DNA of 64,000 nucleotides from Carcharhinus longimanus (lineage: Eukaryota): NCBI GenBank assembly GCA_030264375.1, contig JASCQW010000156.1:14140214-14204213 (forward strand). The letters are read 5' to 3'. Positions 49,658-62,894 of this stretch are shown here, in pieces; within the stretch, counting starts at the first letter, position 1, and each line of letters starts with the position of its first letter. The position numbers and the translations under genes were made by a program. A model generated the notes under the pieces. It saw nothing but the letters and a program-made list of their open reading frames with translations. It was not told the DNA's origin and searched no databases.

Positions 49658-49963
49658 ATGATGTGGAGATGCTGGCATTGGACTGGGGTAAAGACAGGAA
49701 GAAGTCTCACAACACCATGTTAAAGTCCAACAGGTTTATTTGGTAGTAAAATCCACTAGCTTTCGGAGCACTGCTCCTTCATCGGGTAAGTGGGAGTGCT
49801 GTTCACAAACAGGGCAATAAATTCATAAACTCGATTTACAAAATAATGGTTGGAATGGGAATCTTTACAGGTAAAGATTTGCATTCAAAAGCTAGTGGAT
49901 TTTGCTACCAAATAAACCTGTTGGACTTTGTTCTGGTGTTGTGAGACTTCTTACCATGTTCAC
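49658..49963. mobile_element. Penelope-like element remnant with inverted pseudo-LTR arms
   Basis: 49700-49763 (aagaagtctcacaacacc...aaagtccaacaggtttatttggtag...ccactagcttt) is inverted to 49888-49952; carries a hammerhead-like motif; flanked by ccttgagaa direct repeats; related pieces at 56586-56651 and 56853-56897. Confidence 0.7.
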
Positions 49964-52524
49964 CCTTGAGAACCCAGTGGTCAACTGCTTTGTGCTGTCT
50001 TTCATGTGGTTTAGGTACACTCAATGCTGTTAGGAAGGGGGTCCCAGGATTTTGACTCACTGACAGTGAATAAATATAGTTCCGAGTGTGGCTTGGAAGA
50101 GAACTTGAAGTTCCCTAGCTGCCATGGTGGGATTTAAATCCATGTCTTTAGATTTGCCATCCAGGTTTTTGGAGTACTAGTAAACCACTAGGCTACTGTA
50201 ATAACTTCATTGAGGGCAGACCTCCAGTACAACACTGCTTTATTAAAACAAAAGGTGTCTGTAACTTGCAACAAATCATGAAGACCTGTGCTCTGGCTCT
50301 GTATAACCTGTGGTCCAGGCTGTGAGTGTGGGTATTAAACTCTTGCTGCTCGTCTCTCATTGGGTGAGCTCCTGCTTGCTCAATTGGGTAACCCATATCC
50401 CATGAAACCCATGGGGAGATCAATTAATGACATCCCATGTCCTCCGTGGCCACCAAAACAACTACTTCACTCTTTTTAATGGGGGCTCAAAGGAACTTAT
50501 TTCTAGAATTATCCCCCAATCCAGATATGACTATATCTTCTTCTAAAATGGTAATAACTTATTCCTTTATCAAGCCATTAATAATTATTAATGTGGTTAG
50601 GAAAAATGGGGGGAAGGGGTGTATATCTTGAATGTAAAATACTGCATCTGATGGAAATCTGAAATGAAGAGACAGGAAACATTCTGCAAGTCAAGTAGAA
50701 TCTGTGGAGTGAGAAATATAAGGTTAGCATTTCAAGTTGATGACCTTTGGTTAGAAGGTGCTGGTAACTTACAGCCCATGTAGACCTAAAATGATGATGC
50801 AGTTTTAAACCTCAAAGATTTGTCTAAATTTCAGTTACTTTTGTTCAGCAGATTTGTCTACCGCATGAAGTCCACTAGCCATTTCTAGCACTGTGTGCCT
50901 GATTCAGGTTCAGCAGTGTTTTTTTTGCACTAAGTAATTATCATGACTTGGAAAACACAGTGTACATTCTTTTAGGTGTGACTCGCTTTGATTTAAAGAT
51001 GAAGCATCTCTTAATCGTTGTTAACTTTCATAATGAAATTGCCTGACCATCAAAAACAGAACCTTGTACCAAATCAGAATTGAAAAACAAACTGATGCGT
51101 TAAGGCAGATTTTATCCATTTAATTGTTTATACCTTCACTGACTGCCCCATACTTCCTGATCATATTTCCCATCTGTTCAGTGAAAATATATGTTTTTAT
51201 GTTCCCATAACACCAATAATCAGTACTTGATATTTGTCATCATTCTGAATGTTTGCTAATAAGTTGAGCCAAAATGTAGTTTCAGTATGATTGCTGATTG
51301 CAATTTATACATAATCACTTAGCCAGAGGGTTACTTAATCGCCTGCTATTTATCTCTTTTAGAGGCTCTTTAAATACACCTTGCCTGAAGAATTCATATT
51401 TAGCCTGAGCAAAGAAAGAGCTAATTTAACTGGGGTGGCTGAGGTCTTACTGTTGGAGTTGAAAGCAAGAGGTGATCCCATTTAGACAATTGGCGGGACC
51501 CAAGTAAGTGACCATTACTGGGGTTGTGGTCCCGTTAAGGACGGCAGTGCCAATGCCGTGGGGGCAGCTACTGCTGCTACGGAGCCTTGTTGTGAGCCAT
51601 CGAGTGTCCAAAAAGGAGGCCTGTGCCCCACTCCTGCAGAGCCAGCTGGGTGGATGCCCAATTTCCCTTGACAGTCATCCCACCAGCTCTGGCAATAAGA
51701 CATAAAGAGGACCTTATTGGGCCACTTAAGTGATTCAATTGAGTCCATGGCAGGTGGTCTATCACCTCTCCCACTGTTAGCTGAATGGCATGGTGGCAGG
51801 AAAACATCAGCAATGCCACCCAATACCTTCTGGTGTTATTTTGCTGGCCTGCCACCTTTTTAACCTTGTCCATAAGGGCTAATTAAAATTCAGCCTAACA
51901 GCTCCTTTAAAAAACATTTTTGTTTCACAAATCTGCCTCACCACATTAATAGTTACATTTCAAAAAAGGAACAATAATATGTTTTGCAATTCTGGAAAGC
52001 TAGATTAGTGGACTCCCATTATGGGCAATTATTAAAATTCTCATTTGTTTCTCATGCCATTGGTAGGATACTTCTATTTATATGTTCACCTATCAAATTC
52101 TTAAAGGGAATAGTAAGAGTTTTTATTGTCAAATTTTGGAAAAATTGGATTGTTTCAAACAGGGCAACTGAAAATGGCTTAAACCTTTTCCTCAAAGTCT
52201 TTTAAAAAAAACACTCATCAGGAGAGTTACAACAGCTTTAGGCAATTAAATAACTAACTGGAGCTCATGATACAAAGATGGAGTTTAATTGTTTCCTGCT
52301 TATGTAAACAGATAGCCAGACATGCTGAAAATTGAACTATCATTCCAAATCTAATAGATCTGGTGCCATCTTTTAGATTTTTGTGACCCTCATTATATTG
52401 GAGATTGGGATTGCTGAGAGAGGATTTAGTTAGTGTTTTTGTATTGATGTGAAATATGCATATTTTTGTGTGTGATTGCAGTTTAACTTGGTTCTTTCTA
52501 TTAATATTTTAAGATTAAACTCCC

Positions 52525-52730
52525 ATTGCATTGGAAGCAGTTCAAAGAAGATTCACTGGACTGATCCCTGGGATGAGGGGGTTCTCTTAAGCATGAAAGT
52601 TGAGCAGGCCTGTACTCATTGGATTTTAGGAGAATGGGAGGTGATCTTATTTATGAAGGGGTATGACACGATAGATGCTGGTCATGGGGAAATCTAGAAT
52701 TAGTTTCAAAATAAAGTGTCATCAAATTTT
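52525..52730 (+). mobile_element. Decayed CR1 3' fragment
   Basis: gcagttcaaagaagattcactggactgatccctgggatg (VQRRFT.LIPGM). Confidence 0.65.
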
Positions 52731-53399
52731 AAGAAAATATTCATTGGCGATTGTCAGACATAAATGTGTCAAAATTTGAATGGACAAACATAAAAAACAA
52801 TAACATATTATCAATACAATACCAAGAATGAGTTCAAGCTGTAAACCAATCTTGAAAATTTTGATCTTTTTTGTAAACAGTCATTGTTTCTTATATTATC
52901 TAAATTGCACCTTACCAAACCTTTCCATGATTAATTAATGTCAATGTTGGAAAGTTTAAAGATAGAGGTAAAAATTTTTCTTGTAGTGGTGCAAAATACA
53001 AGGTGTTCTATCAGCTTCATGTTATCTGCCGAGCTCGATGCTCAATCCCATTTAGTTCAATAGAGCTGAATAACAATGGGCTATATAACAATGACAAATG
53101 CATTGATGTCTTTTTTACTTCCTCCTAAGATTAATTTCTACCCTGCTGAATTAGGTTTAAGGATGTCATAATAAGATTTGGAAAAAAGAATCTACTCCTC
53201 CTGTACCTCTGCTTAAATGATACCATGTGCGTGCGGATGGAGGTACCACAAATCCAAAAGGGGGTGGAATGAAGAGAGAAGGTCACTGTTATAAGACAGA
53301 AATCCTCTTTTCAAACAGCAGCCAGAAAATAGGAGGGAAACAAATGAGGTCAACTTAGGTTTAGACAATGACAATACTTTTGAAGAAAAAAAAATGGCT

Positions 53400-53680
53400 A
53401 AGTCTCCAGCAGTAACTTTTTTCATGACGGCTTCTAGTAATTTCCCTATGCTGAATGGCCTGTAGTTACCTGCTCTCTGTCTCCCTTTCGAGAACAAGAT
53501 GTTACGTTAGTTAATTTCCAATCTACCGGGATCCCTGCAGAATCTATGGAATTTTGAAAGATTATAATCAATGCATTCACTACCTCTGCAGCTGCTTCCT
53601 TTAAGGTCCTATGATGCAGGCCATCTGGTCATGGGGTTTTGTCAGCCTTTAGATCTAATAGTTCTCCGAACACCTTTTCC
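53400..53680 (-). mobile_element. Decayed CR1 RT-region fragment
   Basis: ORF 53213-53497 begins FSKGRQRAGNYRPFS..GKLLEAVMK (CR1 GNYRPVSL...GKLLE). Confidence 0.7.
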
Positions 53681-53731
53681 TGCGGGTTGATTATTTTGTT
53701 ATTTTCTCCCGTTCACCTCTTGTAACACTGC

Positions 53732-53990
53732 GTTGGCACAGTACTGTTGTCTCTAGATCAAATCCAGACACCCAGGGTAATGCTGTGGGAACCCAGTTTG
53801 AATCCCACACTGACAGATGGTGAAATTTGAATTCAGTAAAAATCTGGAATTAGTAGTCTTGTGATGACCATCAATTGTCGTAAAAACCCATCTCATTCAC
53901 TAATGTCCTTCTAGGAAATGAAATCTGTCCTTAACTGGCATGGCCTACATGTGATTGCCCTCTGGAATGGTTGAGCAAGCGCTCAGTTCA
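53732..53990 (+). mobile_element. tRNA-derived SINE, same family as 37980-38310
   Basis: gtttgaatccc B box; gaaatttgaattcagtaaaaatctggaatt body. Confidence 0.65.
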
Positions 53991-56900
53991 CCAGGCCCCT
54001 GGTCTACCTGCCAGGGTTATCCTGCTGGTGGGCCTGCTTTGCAAGGCCCTGGCTTGCTACTCATTAAATAACAACTGTAACGGGATTAGTCCCTCAAATG
54101 CCCTCTTAAAGGCCTTTGGGCAGGAAAATTGGAAACAACTGCCATGGATTTAATAGGAGGTAAGCAGGAAGGCACTGGGTTCTCCACACAGCATTTTACT
54201 GCCCGATCACACACCCCTTCTCACACCGCCTACAACTCCAACCTCTTGGGGGAGGCATTAATTCTAGTCTGTATGAGACTGGGTATTCTTTTTTAAAAAA
54301 ATCAAGATGTAGCTGTCTTTAAATTTTACTGAATGTACTGTTATAACTGAGGAATGCTACATTGTTTTTAAATTTTGTTTACTCCGTTTTTAAAATTTTT
54401 TACTCTGTTTTTAAAGTTACAAAGCCAGTGCTCAAGAGTGGACCGCAGATGCGAATCCATACCTTGTTTGATCTAAGAACCAAATACAAATTCCACTTGA
54501 ATCCAATTTACGGCCCCCATAAGGGAGATATTGGGGGTGCCTTTAAACCAAATCCTTACTTAATTACTTAAAGCAACATGAAAGATTCAATGATGCCACT
54601 CAAAAATAAACTTTTCTTATTCATATCTAATTGAAGCACCCATCTTTTCAGAGTGTCAGTGAGCTTGGAAATCCCATTCAGGCCAGAAAAACTGTATTTC
54701 ATTGGTTTATATTGGAATTTTCTTCAACATTTAAAACACATCTGAGAACAAACAATAAATACCAGAAGTCACAGTTTTATACAGACTTTGAGAACCACTG
54801 CAATCCTAACATGAATCCCTAAGAAGTAGAGATTTATTGTAAAATATAAATATGAGGTGCACGGTGAGCTGATTGAAAAGGAATATTGCTAATCTGTTCT
54901 CAAGGATGTATCATAGTTTGGCCTTTGCACACTTGTTAAATTTCTGTCACCACACAATATCAAGTCTATTGAACAGATGTTATTTGTTGGCTAAAAGTTG
55001 TGTTCAGCCTCCTACAAAAAAAATTCTGCTTTTAAGTACCAAAGTATTTTTTGGAAGAGGCTATTCATGAAGAGAGGGCAGTATAAGGTGCGTGGGATCC
55101 TGAAACTTCTGAATAGGAAGCATAGGTCATGACCTTCACTAGACTTAACAGAAATCTTCACTCATTAGAACAGTGGATGTGACTGCCACGTTGCTTCAAG
55201 TGTCAACAGACTTTAAATTAAGGCTAGCCACTCTAGAAGAAGAAAAATGCTGTCTTTGAAATTTGATCAGTGTTTGAAAGCAACACCCTGATTGGCCGAA
55301 TACAAGAGTGTTGGAACTTGATTGAGGACAGTCAAGGTTTGAGACGCTTACCTGCGACAGAGTCTCAACAAACTGTCCTATCCATGATATTAATAGCAGT
55401 GCATAGATCCCTGCTTCTACTTAAGACAGTTTTTTTTAGTGAAGCTCGAACAGTAACAGAATCTATAACTCACCAACAATAATTGATTCCACCTGCATTG
55501 TCCCTGGGAATTAAGGTTGGCAGAGTGAAAGATTTTTTCTTTGAATTAGCTGTTGAAAACTGCAGTTCACCCTTTTCACACTGTGGGGTAGGTTGGTGGA
55601 AGCCCAGAGCTGGGCCAGATCAAGTAGGGTCAGAATAAATAAAAATGGTAAAATACGTTTCTAAAGGCTGTTTATCTGAATGCACACATCATTCATAACA
55701 AGAATTGATAGCAAGAAATATAACTGGGCATGACCTGACAGGCATAAGAAAGATATGCGCCGGGATTCTTTGGCCTATCCGCTACATTTTTCTCGGCAGT
55801 GGGAGGTGGCGGGATCTTCTAGTCCTGCTGCTCTCACTGGGACTTCCCAGTGGCTCCTCCCCACTCTGCCGGGAAAAACACAGCGGTGTGCCATCAGCGG
55901 GACCAGGAGATCCTACCAGCATGAAGAGGAAAATGGTTTCTTCTCTCTCTGCTGTCCTTCGACTGAACTGAGATGCAACCAGCAACTGCTGCTTTAGACC
56001 CTTTACCTGCCATTGATCTGGAGGAATCCAGTGTTCTGTTCCCAAATTGCTTGGGGTACAGTTTTGTAATTTTACTCTTTCAGGGTCAATTCAGTGATGC
56101 AGTATACGCGAGAATCAGCACTTTCCAATAAACCACATCCCTCCATGACAATCTGACACGGAACTCAAGAGATATAAGCCCATAAATATCTGTCTGTGTC
56201 AAAGTACAACAAATGGATAAACAGAAATCTTTATACCAATGCAATAACATTGTCTTCCCAGCTGCCCCATCACCTTCATTCTCCTCCCCCACACCCCCCA
56301 GCGACAAGGAGCACTGAAAATGCCTTGGAAATCCACTCCAATGTTGCCTTTACACCCCAACCACTCTCCTCCATCCATTTTATTCAGAACACCTCACTTG
56401 ACTTATAAATCCTTTCTGAGAAAAGAACTCCTTAAACTGGCATCACTCAGTTTATAGGGGGGAGTTTAGTTTGAAATCAGGGGTGGAATTCTCCCAGGTT
56501 TGGTGGTGGACGAATGTGCTGAATCTTGCATGACCCAAAAAATCAGAAATCTTCCAGAGTAAAATCCCATGGCAATTCTCCCAGTAAAAAGTCTGACAAC
56601 ACCAGACTTTTTACTGTGTTTACCCCAGTCCAACGCTGGCACATCCACATCAATTCTCCCAATGGCAGGTTTCTCTTCCTGCTGGGAGATGGCACAAATG
56701 GCATTTACATTCTTTTGTACCACATGAATACTCATTCAAACAGCTACTCGCTGCCATCCCATCAGGCCTTTCAATCACGTGTTACCCCACCAGAAGTTTA
56801 CGCCGACATCAGCCCCGATTAGGAATGAGTATCATGCACAAGGCAGTCTTCAGTAAATAAACCTGCTGGACTTTAACCTGGTATTGTGAGACTTCTAACA

Positions 56901-58536
56901 GACTTCAGTTTACCAGAGACTTCAGGGTGAGTGCAACAAGTTTCTGCCATACTGCTATGTTGCTCCTAATGCGCTGTTCACCATACTGCTGGGACAAATG
57001 GTTCCTGCCTCCAATTCCGTGCTGAGCTGGTCTTCATGGACAGCACCATGCTGCTGGACCCATGCACTCTCTGCATCATCCAGTCAAATCAGTGATGCCT
57101 GCGGTTGGGGAGTAGAGGGTTCTGTCTAGCCCTGGTGCCTCACAGGAGTGTTATCTGGACAGGACAATGCTGCGGTACTCATGTTGCCACCATAACAAAG
57201 GCCCGAGGTTTAACCGGGGGTGGAGTGTGGGTTGAGGCCAGTGGGTTTTGGGGGATGTGGCCTAATGAAGACAGAGGGATTCTGTACTATGGATTATGAA
57301 GCATTTAATTAAATAAAATGGATAGTGCATTTCAGAACTTTAGAAATGGTATTAACGCTTCAGGGGCATAAATTATTGAATTTCCATTTGATGCAAGTTG
57401 AAAGAAAGCACTACTATGTGAAACCACCAGTGTGTAGGATGGCCAGAGCTGCAGGCTGTCAGAACTGGACACTTTCACAGGATAATGCAATTGTGCTTGA
57501 GGGTGATGTGATCACTTTTGGGGATTCCATGCTGTTGGGGCAACATGGAGGTTGGAGGTGAGAAGAAAGTATTAAAACAAACCAAGATTTTGCGGCCCGC
57601 CCAATAGAGTCTGCTACAGATAGGGAAAGGAATAGTTAGAGGCTTACTAGTGTTTTACAAGGGTAAGTGACCTAAGGGCCAAAATACTGGACCATTGTCT
57701 AACTAGTTAAAAACCAGACAGTCCTGTGCAAAACCGGATGTCTGGCAATTATATGCAATACTGAATGCCTCCAAATAGAGTAAAACTAATCCTGTGGATT
57801 ATGCACCTTTTGTAGTGGGAGGAAACAAAAAATATAATTTCTTAGAATTGTTGTTGAAATTGTCGGTTCAATGAAAACCCCATTCTAACAGCTACACCAA
57901 AGTAGCTGTCTTGTCTGACTGACAGTTAAGGCTATGGCACGGAGAACTTGTAACATTTTGTTGTTTCTGCTTGTCCTTTTCCAAGCGTGCTTTAAATGTG
58001 TTTATAAAACTGTACAGGGTGATGTACTGTTCTACTTTAGATGAATTTGAAATGTACCTAGTTTTGTTTCAGAAAATTCACTGTACATTGTAGATCTATT
58101 GTAAAATTTAATGTACAATTGCATGACATTTTACTAAGTTAGAACAGTCTGTAGCACAACAATTGTATTTAAAAAGCTACTATTAGAGCCTACAAATGAA
58201 TGGAAATTTTAAGAGGAAAATGCAGGCCAATTTTTGTAGAATTTAAATTGCCAAAATTGATTTTCTTTGGACAAAAGCTCTGTACTGAGATAAACTTTCT
58301 TCCATGGTTCAAAAACAAGTAGCTGCCTGCATGAGTACTTCGNNNNNNNNNNNNNNNNNNNNNNNNNNNNNNNNNNNNNNNNNNNNNNNNNNNNNNNNNN
58401 NNNNNNNNNNNNNNNNNNNNNNNNNNNNNNNNNNNNNNNNNNGTACTTCGTCATGACCAGCCTGAATCAATATTCTGTTCTCCCTCTTTCAGATGATCCA
58501 GTTAAGGTACATTTTAAGTATTTTGGGATGCAGTTT

Positions 58537-58820
58537 AGGGGCAAAATTTTCCTATGGGCTTCTTTACCCTGCCATGAGGCTCAAAAGTCCACACTGTGAG
58601 CAACAGCAATTTTCCCCAGTCAATCGGCTTTTAATAATAACTTCAGTTGGCTACCTTCTACATGTGAGCAGGAACCATGTGGCCAGCACCCCCTAATCCC
58701 ATCTTTGGGAAAATGGCATGGGAGTGTGATGGAGCCAGGCAAAGGACATGAGTCCAGTGGCACAAAATCTTCTACTTCCACCACCTTTATTCACAACCCC
58801 GGGGACTAAAAATCCTGCCC
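58537..58820. mobile_element. MITE-like element
   Basis: ggggcaaaattttcc ... aaaaatcctgccc termini. Confidence 0.45.
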
Positions 58821-60297
58821 AGACCTCAACAAGCAGAGGTTCAGTGCATACTAATGTAAAACATGGTAAAACTAAGTTGATAGTATCATAGTAAGTCTAC
58901 TGGAAGCCTTGTGTCAGTGGGTGCAAATAGAAGTCGTCCCATTGGGTCCTGTTAGGATTCTATGACCTAATCTGAGCTGAGTGTTGATAGCATAATGTTA
59001 CTTTCTGCATGTGCAATCTAGATAAAGGTGTTGCATGGCCGTCATTCAGCCACCATCACCATGACGACATCCCTCCCTGTTCCCAGGCCTGTTCGTCAAT
59101 TACATTCATGCTCTGATCAGCCTGTGCCATGAGAATGTATTAGGTCTGATTAAAAGCCATTTGAAGTACAAAGAACCCTTTGGTTGACTGAGTGGAATCT
59201 AGCAAATTCTGTGTTGGCTTAAAGTGAGCAACTTTTAAAAGGTTTTGCATGATCCTAATTTAGTATACGAAATTCAAAGTAAATCAGTTGAATTGACAAG
59301 AAACCAATAATAAGGAAGGTGATATCCCCTGCAACCATGTGTATTTAAAAAAAATGTTGAACTAAGAGCAAGCAGATGGTGCAGTGAAAGTAGATCAATG
59401 TGTTTGGCAAAAGCTGTCTTTAATGACAGCTTTGTTGTAGCAAGATTTGCTGTTTTGGGCCTACAGAGGAAATCTGTGTCATTACTAATATAAATCTGAA
59501 CCCTGATCCCTTTTAGAAAAATGAGAATGAAAAAAATTGCTGATAATTTTGAGCCTTGCTGTTTTGCGGAGCATGCAAGATTTGCTCTTCTTTGCAAAGA
59601 TTCTCTATTCGCTCATTATGGAAGGAAAATTGGAAGTTATCTGCACTGGATTGCTCCATTTCACCTGCTCGGCTTCCTCATCCTCAAAAGCACGTTGCCT
59701 GGGGAGGATCCATAAGAGAGGAGATTAGAAAGAAAAGGGGTGCCTGACTTCAGGGTAACAGAATCCCAAAATAAGCCTTTCAGAAATCAAATCTACTAAT
59801 CACAGTTTATTAATAGCACAACAATTAAAATAAAATGCTAACATATATGCTGATTACAAAGAAGAATAGAGCAAAAACTGAAAATGCTGGAACTACATTG
59901 AGATTCGATCACTTGAAATGTTCGCCTGTCGTTTTTCCCTCTCCAGATACTAACAGACCTGCTTTGTACTCCCAGCACCTTCTGTTTACTTTCAATCCGG
60001 TATTCAGTTTTTTGTCCTTTTTCTAGGAGAAAGAATGGATTCCGAGTAGAGGTAAAAAAAAGGCTCATGAACTGCACGATTGAAGCCCAAGTGGATTAGT
60101 AGCTTTAAATAAATTGTGCAACTGTCTTTAATTCTTTCTTGATATTTAATGTTTTGCAAGATGTGTCTTTGGTGGAAAAGTATGGTAATAAGTCAGGGAT
60201 TGAAGCTCCTATGTGCTTTTTGAGTTTGTTCCCAAGTGTAGGCTATTTCAGGCATCATCTGTCGATACAAATAGAGAAAAATAAAATTACATGCTGA

Positions 60298-60588
60298 CCA
60301 GGGTGGCACAGTGGTAAGGACTGCTGCCTCACAGCGCCAGGGACCCAGGCTCGATTCCTGTGTGAAGTCTGCACATTTTCCCCTTGTCTGTGTGGGTTTT
60401 CTCTGGGTGCTCCAGTTTCCTCCCGCAGTCCAAAAATGTGTGGGTTAAGTTGACTAGCCATGCTAAATTGCTCCTTACTGTTGGGGGGATGTCAGGGATT
60501 AGTGGGGTTACAGGGATAGGGCCTCCTTGGGATTGTCGGTGCATACTTGATGGGCCGAATGGCCTCCCCTTGCAGTGTAGGTATTCTA
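60298..60588 (+). mobile_element. HE1-type V-SINE
   Basis: gggtggcacagtggtaaggactgctgcctcacagcgccagggaccc ... gcagtgtaggtattcta. Confidence 0.9.
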
Positions 60589-62894
60589 GTAGAAGGATAT
60601 TACAAGATTTATTTTTACTTCTTACACAATGTTACTTAAATAATTTTTTTGTTGTATATTTGTGTCCAAAACCGGGTAACTCTCCCAATTACCTTATTCT
60701 AGGCCCACCCCTAAAATTAGGGTAAATAATTATTATTGTAGAAATAATGGAATTTGACCAGTGCTATATTTATAGTGAAAATGTACATCCAGATTAAAAT
60801 ACAATAGTGAATTGCATTTTTCTAAGGTATAAAATTCTGGGAGTTGTACGAGCTTCTGAGACCAAAACCCCAGGCTGCAGCTGCAGTTATGCTGCTGGTT
60901 GTACTTGAAATCAGGAAAAGAGGGTGTAGTTCAGAAGATAGGATTGCTGCAGTCTGGGCCTCTAGCCTGCTGGCTAGACTGCTGAAACTTATTACGAGTT
61001 CTTCACCAGTGCCTCTATCTCTAAACTATTGGCTGGTTTCCATGCCCTTTCTATGTGACCTTGCCTGGAAATAGAACAGAGGAATTTAAAAACTGGATGC
61101 CTGTAGTGTAGACTCAGTACAGGGTTGCCATTGCTTGATATTTGCATGGATGAAGTGCCTTTGCCCTAGGGTAATGAAACTACAAGGGAAGAAAAGAGTA
61201 ATGTAAAAGCATCTGTAATTAAAACTTGTTATTCCAGTCCCTTATCATTGTTTATGTCTACTGTAGTTTACTCCCATAAGTTGCATTTTCAGAAGCCTCC
61301 TTTTGCAATTAGAATAATTGTTCACAGAAGATATTCATCTATGCGCAAGTAAGGCTTAGTACAGGAGTCAGGGGGTGAGGTGTTGTGGGAGGGAGGGCGT
61401 GGTCGTGTGAACTTGATAAAGCAGCAACAGAACTGAAACACAGTAGACTAAAGTACCACACAGACTTGTTTCAAAATGTACAGGAAATACGAATGTTGTT
61501 GAAAATCCAAAAGATTAAAAATGTTGCTTTTTAGGTTGGTTAATAAAATAGACTCGTGCTACAGCTTCTTAGGTGTCCTTGAAATTCAGGATATCTTGTG
61601 TTTAAAAAAAACTACACAACTGTTACTGCACTTTTCAAGTCTCCAAAAGTGGATTCCTATCATTATTTCGGGTGAGGGAGAAAGAAGGGGTTGATGATTG
61701 TGGGAGGGGGTGGTGGTATGCTGGCTCTGATCTGGGGGGTGGGAGGGGCAGCAGTTGGGAGGAAGCCTGAGACCGTGGGGAGGGGGGGTGTGATTTATTG
61801 CTCCTCTGGGGTACCTTTTAAAGATGACATCCCAATCTCTCCTGTAGCCGGGTTTTGCTCACGACCTTAGGCCTTGCCCTCCTGTCTGATGGTGTGATTC
61901 ATGCCCCCTTGATTATCTTTTGGCAGTGTCGTGAGATCTGAAGAGAAACACGCTGGTGTTCTCACCAGATTTACCAATTTTGGTGAGGTTTTGCCTGTTA
62001 ATTCCAATTGGAATAAAATACTCCATTCAGGAAGCAAATCTGCAGTAATCAGAAATTGTCTGTCATACTTGTGGATTAATTGGAATGTATGAGCCACTCC
62101 AAAGCTGCATTTAGATATCTACATCTACAAAAATAATATGACTGCTTTTATACTGAAGTCTTAGAGCAATTAATTCAAACAATGAACGAAGCAAGGCCGG
62201 TAATGTTGTGAAAAACATACTCAAAATAACAGCAGCATTTTGCTACTGAAATTTCATTATAACCTGACTGCATTTTAGCAAAATGTTCTAGCAATGACAT
62301 ACAAATGACACCCTTTAAGGTGCTGTGTCGCCATATTGTGCAGTCTGTTGATTAGACAGATGGCATGCCTACAACTGGGCTATGTTCTGAGCAAACAGGC
62401 ACTGGGCAGAAGACAGTAAAGTAGGCCGTGTAGAAAGGGAGGGTAGTCAGGTAGGAAGGTGTTGCTTCCACTGCGCAGTCCCACCTGGCTACCACCTGTT
62501 TCGTAAGCTAGAATCAATGCATGTTCTGTTTTTTCCTTCTGCTATCTCCTCGGCCTCCAACAGGTATTGTACAAGGACAAGATAAAGGCTTATTTAAGCA
62601 TAAAGGATGCAGAAAGTAGTATATTGGCAGGTGATAGTGCAAATTAAAGAGATACTGCAGTTAAAATAATTGAACTCAGAAATGAATTGAATGTAACTAA
62701 CACAAGTACTTTAAAGCATCTATATCAGGTAACTGTTAGATATCTCATTCTTAGAAGTGATTTTTTTATTCACTTTTTTAGTTCTGGATTTTCTGGTCCA
62801 TTGTAACGTGAGTTTACATGAGACTTTAAATCAAAAGGTGGGAGTTTCACTATTGATCTGAACTAGTGGGTGCTCCTATTTCTTATGTTCTTAT

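Noticed and set aside
54364-54418. ~21-bp unit repeated 2.5 times (also an 18-bp duplication at 24507-24540)
   Set aside because: Ordinary slippage duplications without spacers; not CRISPR-like, and the context is eukaryotic.
58010-58155. Cluster of TGTAC motifs and AGAACAgtcTGTAGC (steroid-receptor-like)
   Set aside because: Only an imperfect palindrome; too weak to call without conservation data.
58470-58512. Strong + strand acceptor followed by a 14-nt micro-exon candidate
   Set aside because: Not frame-preserving, weak donor, and no Ski exon-2 similarity.
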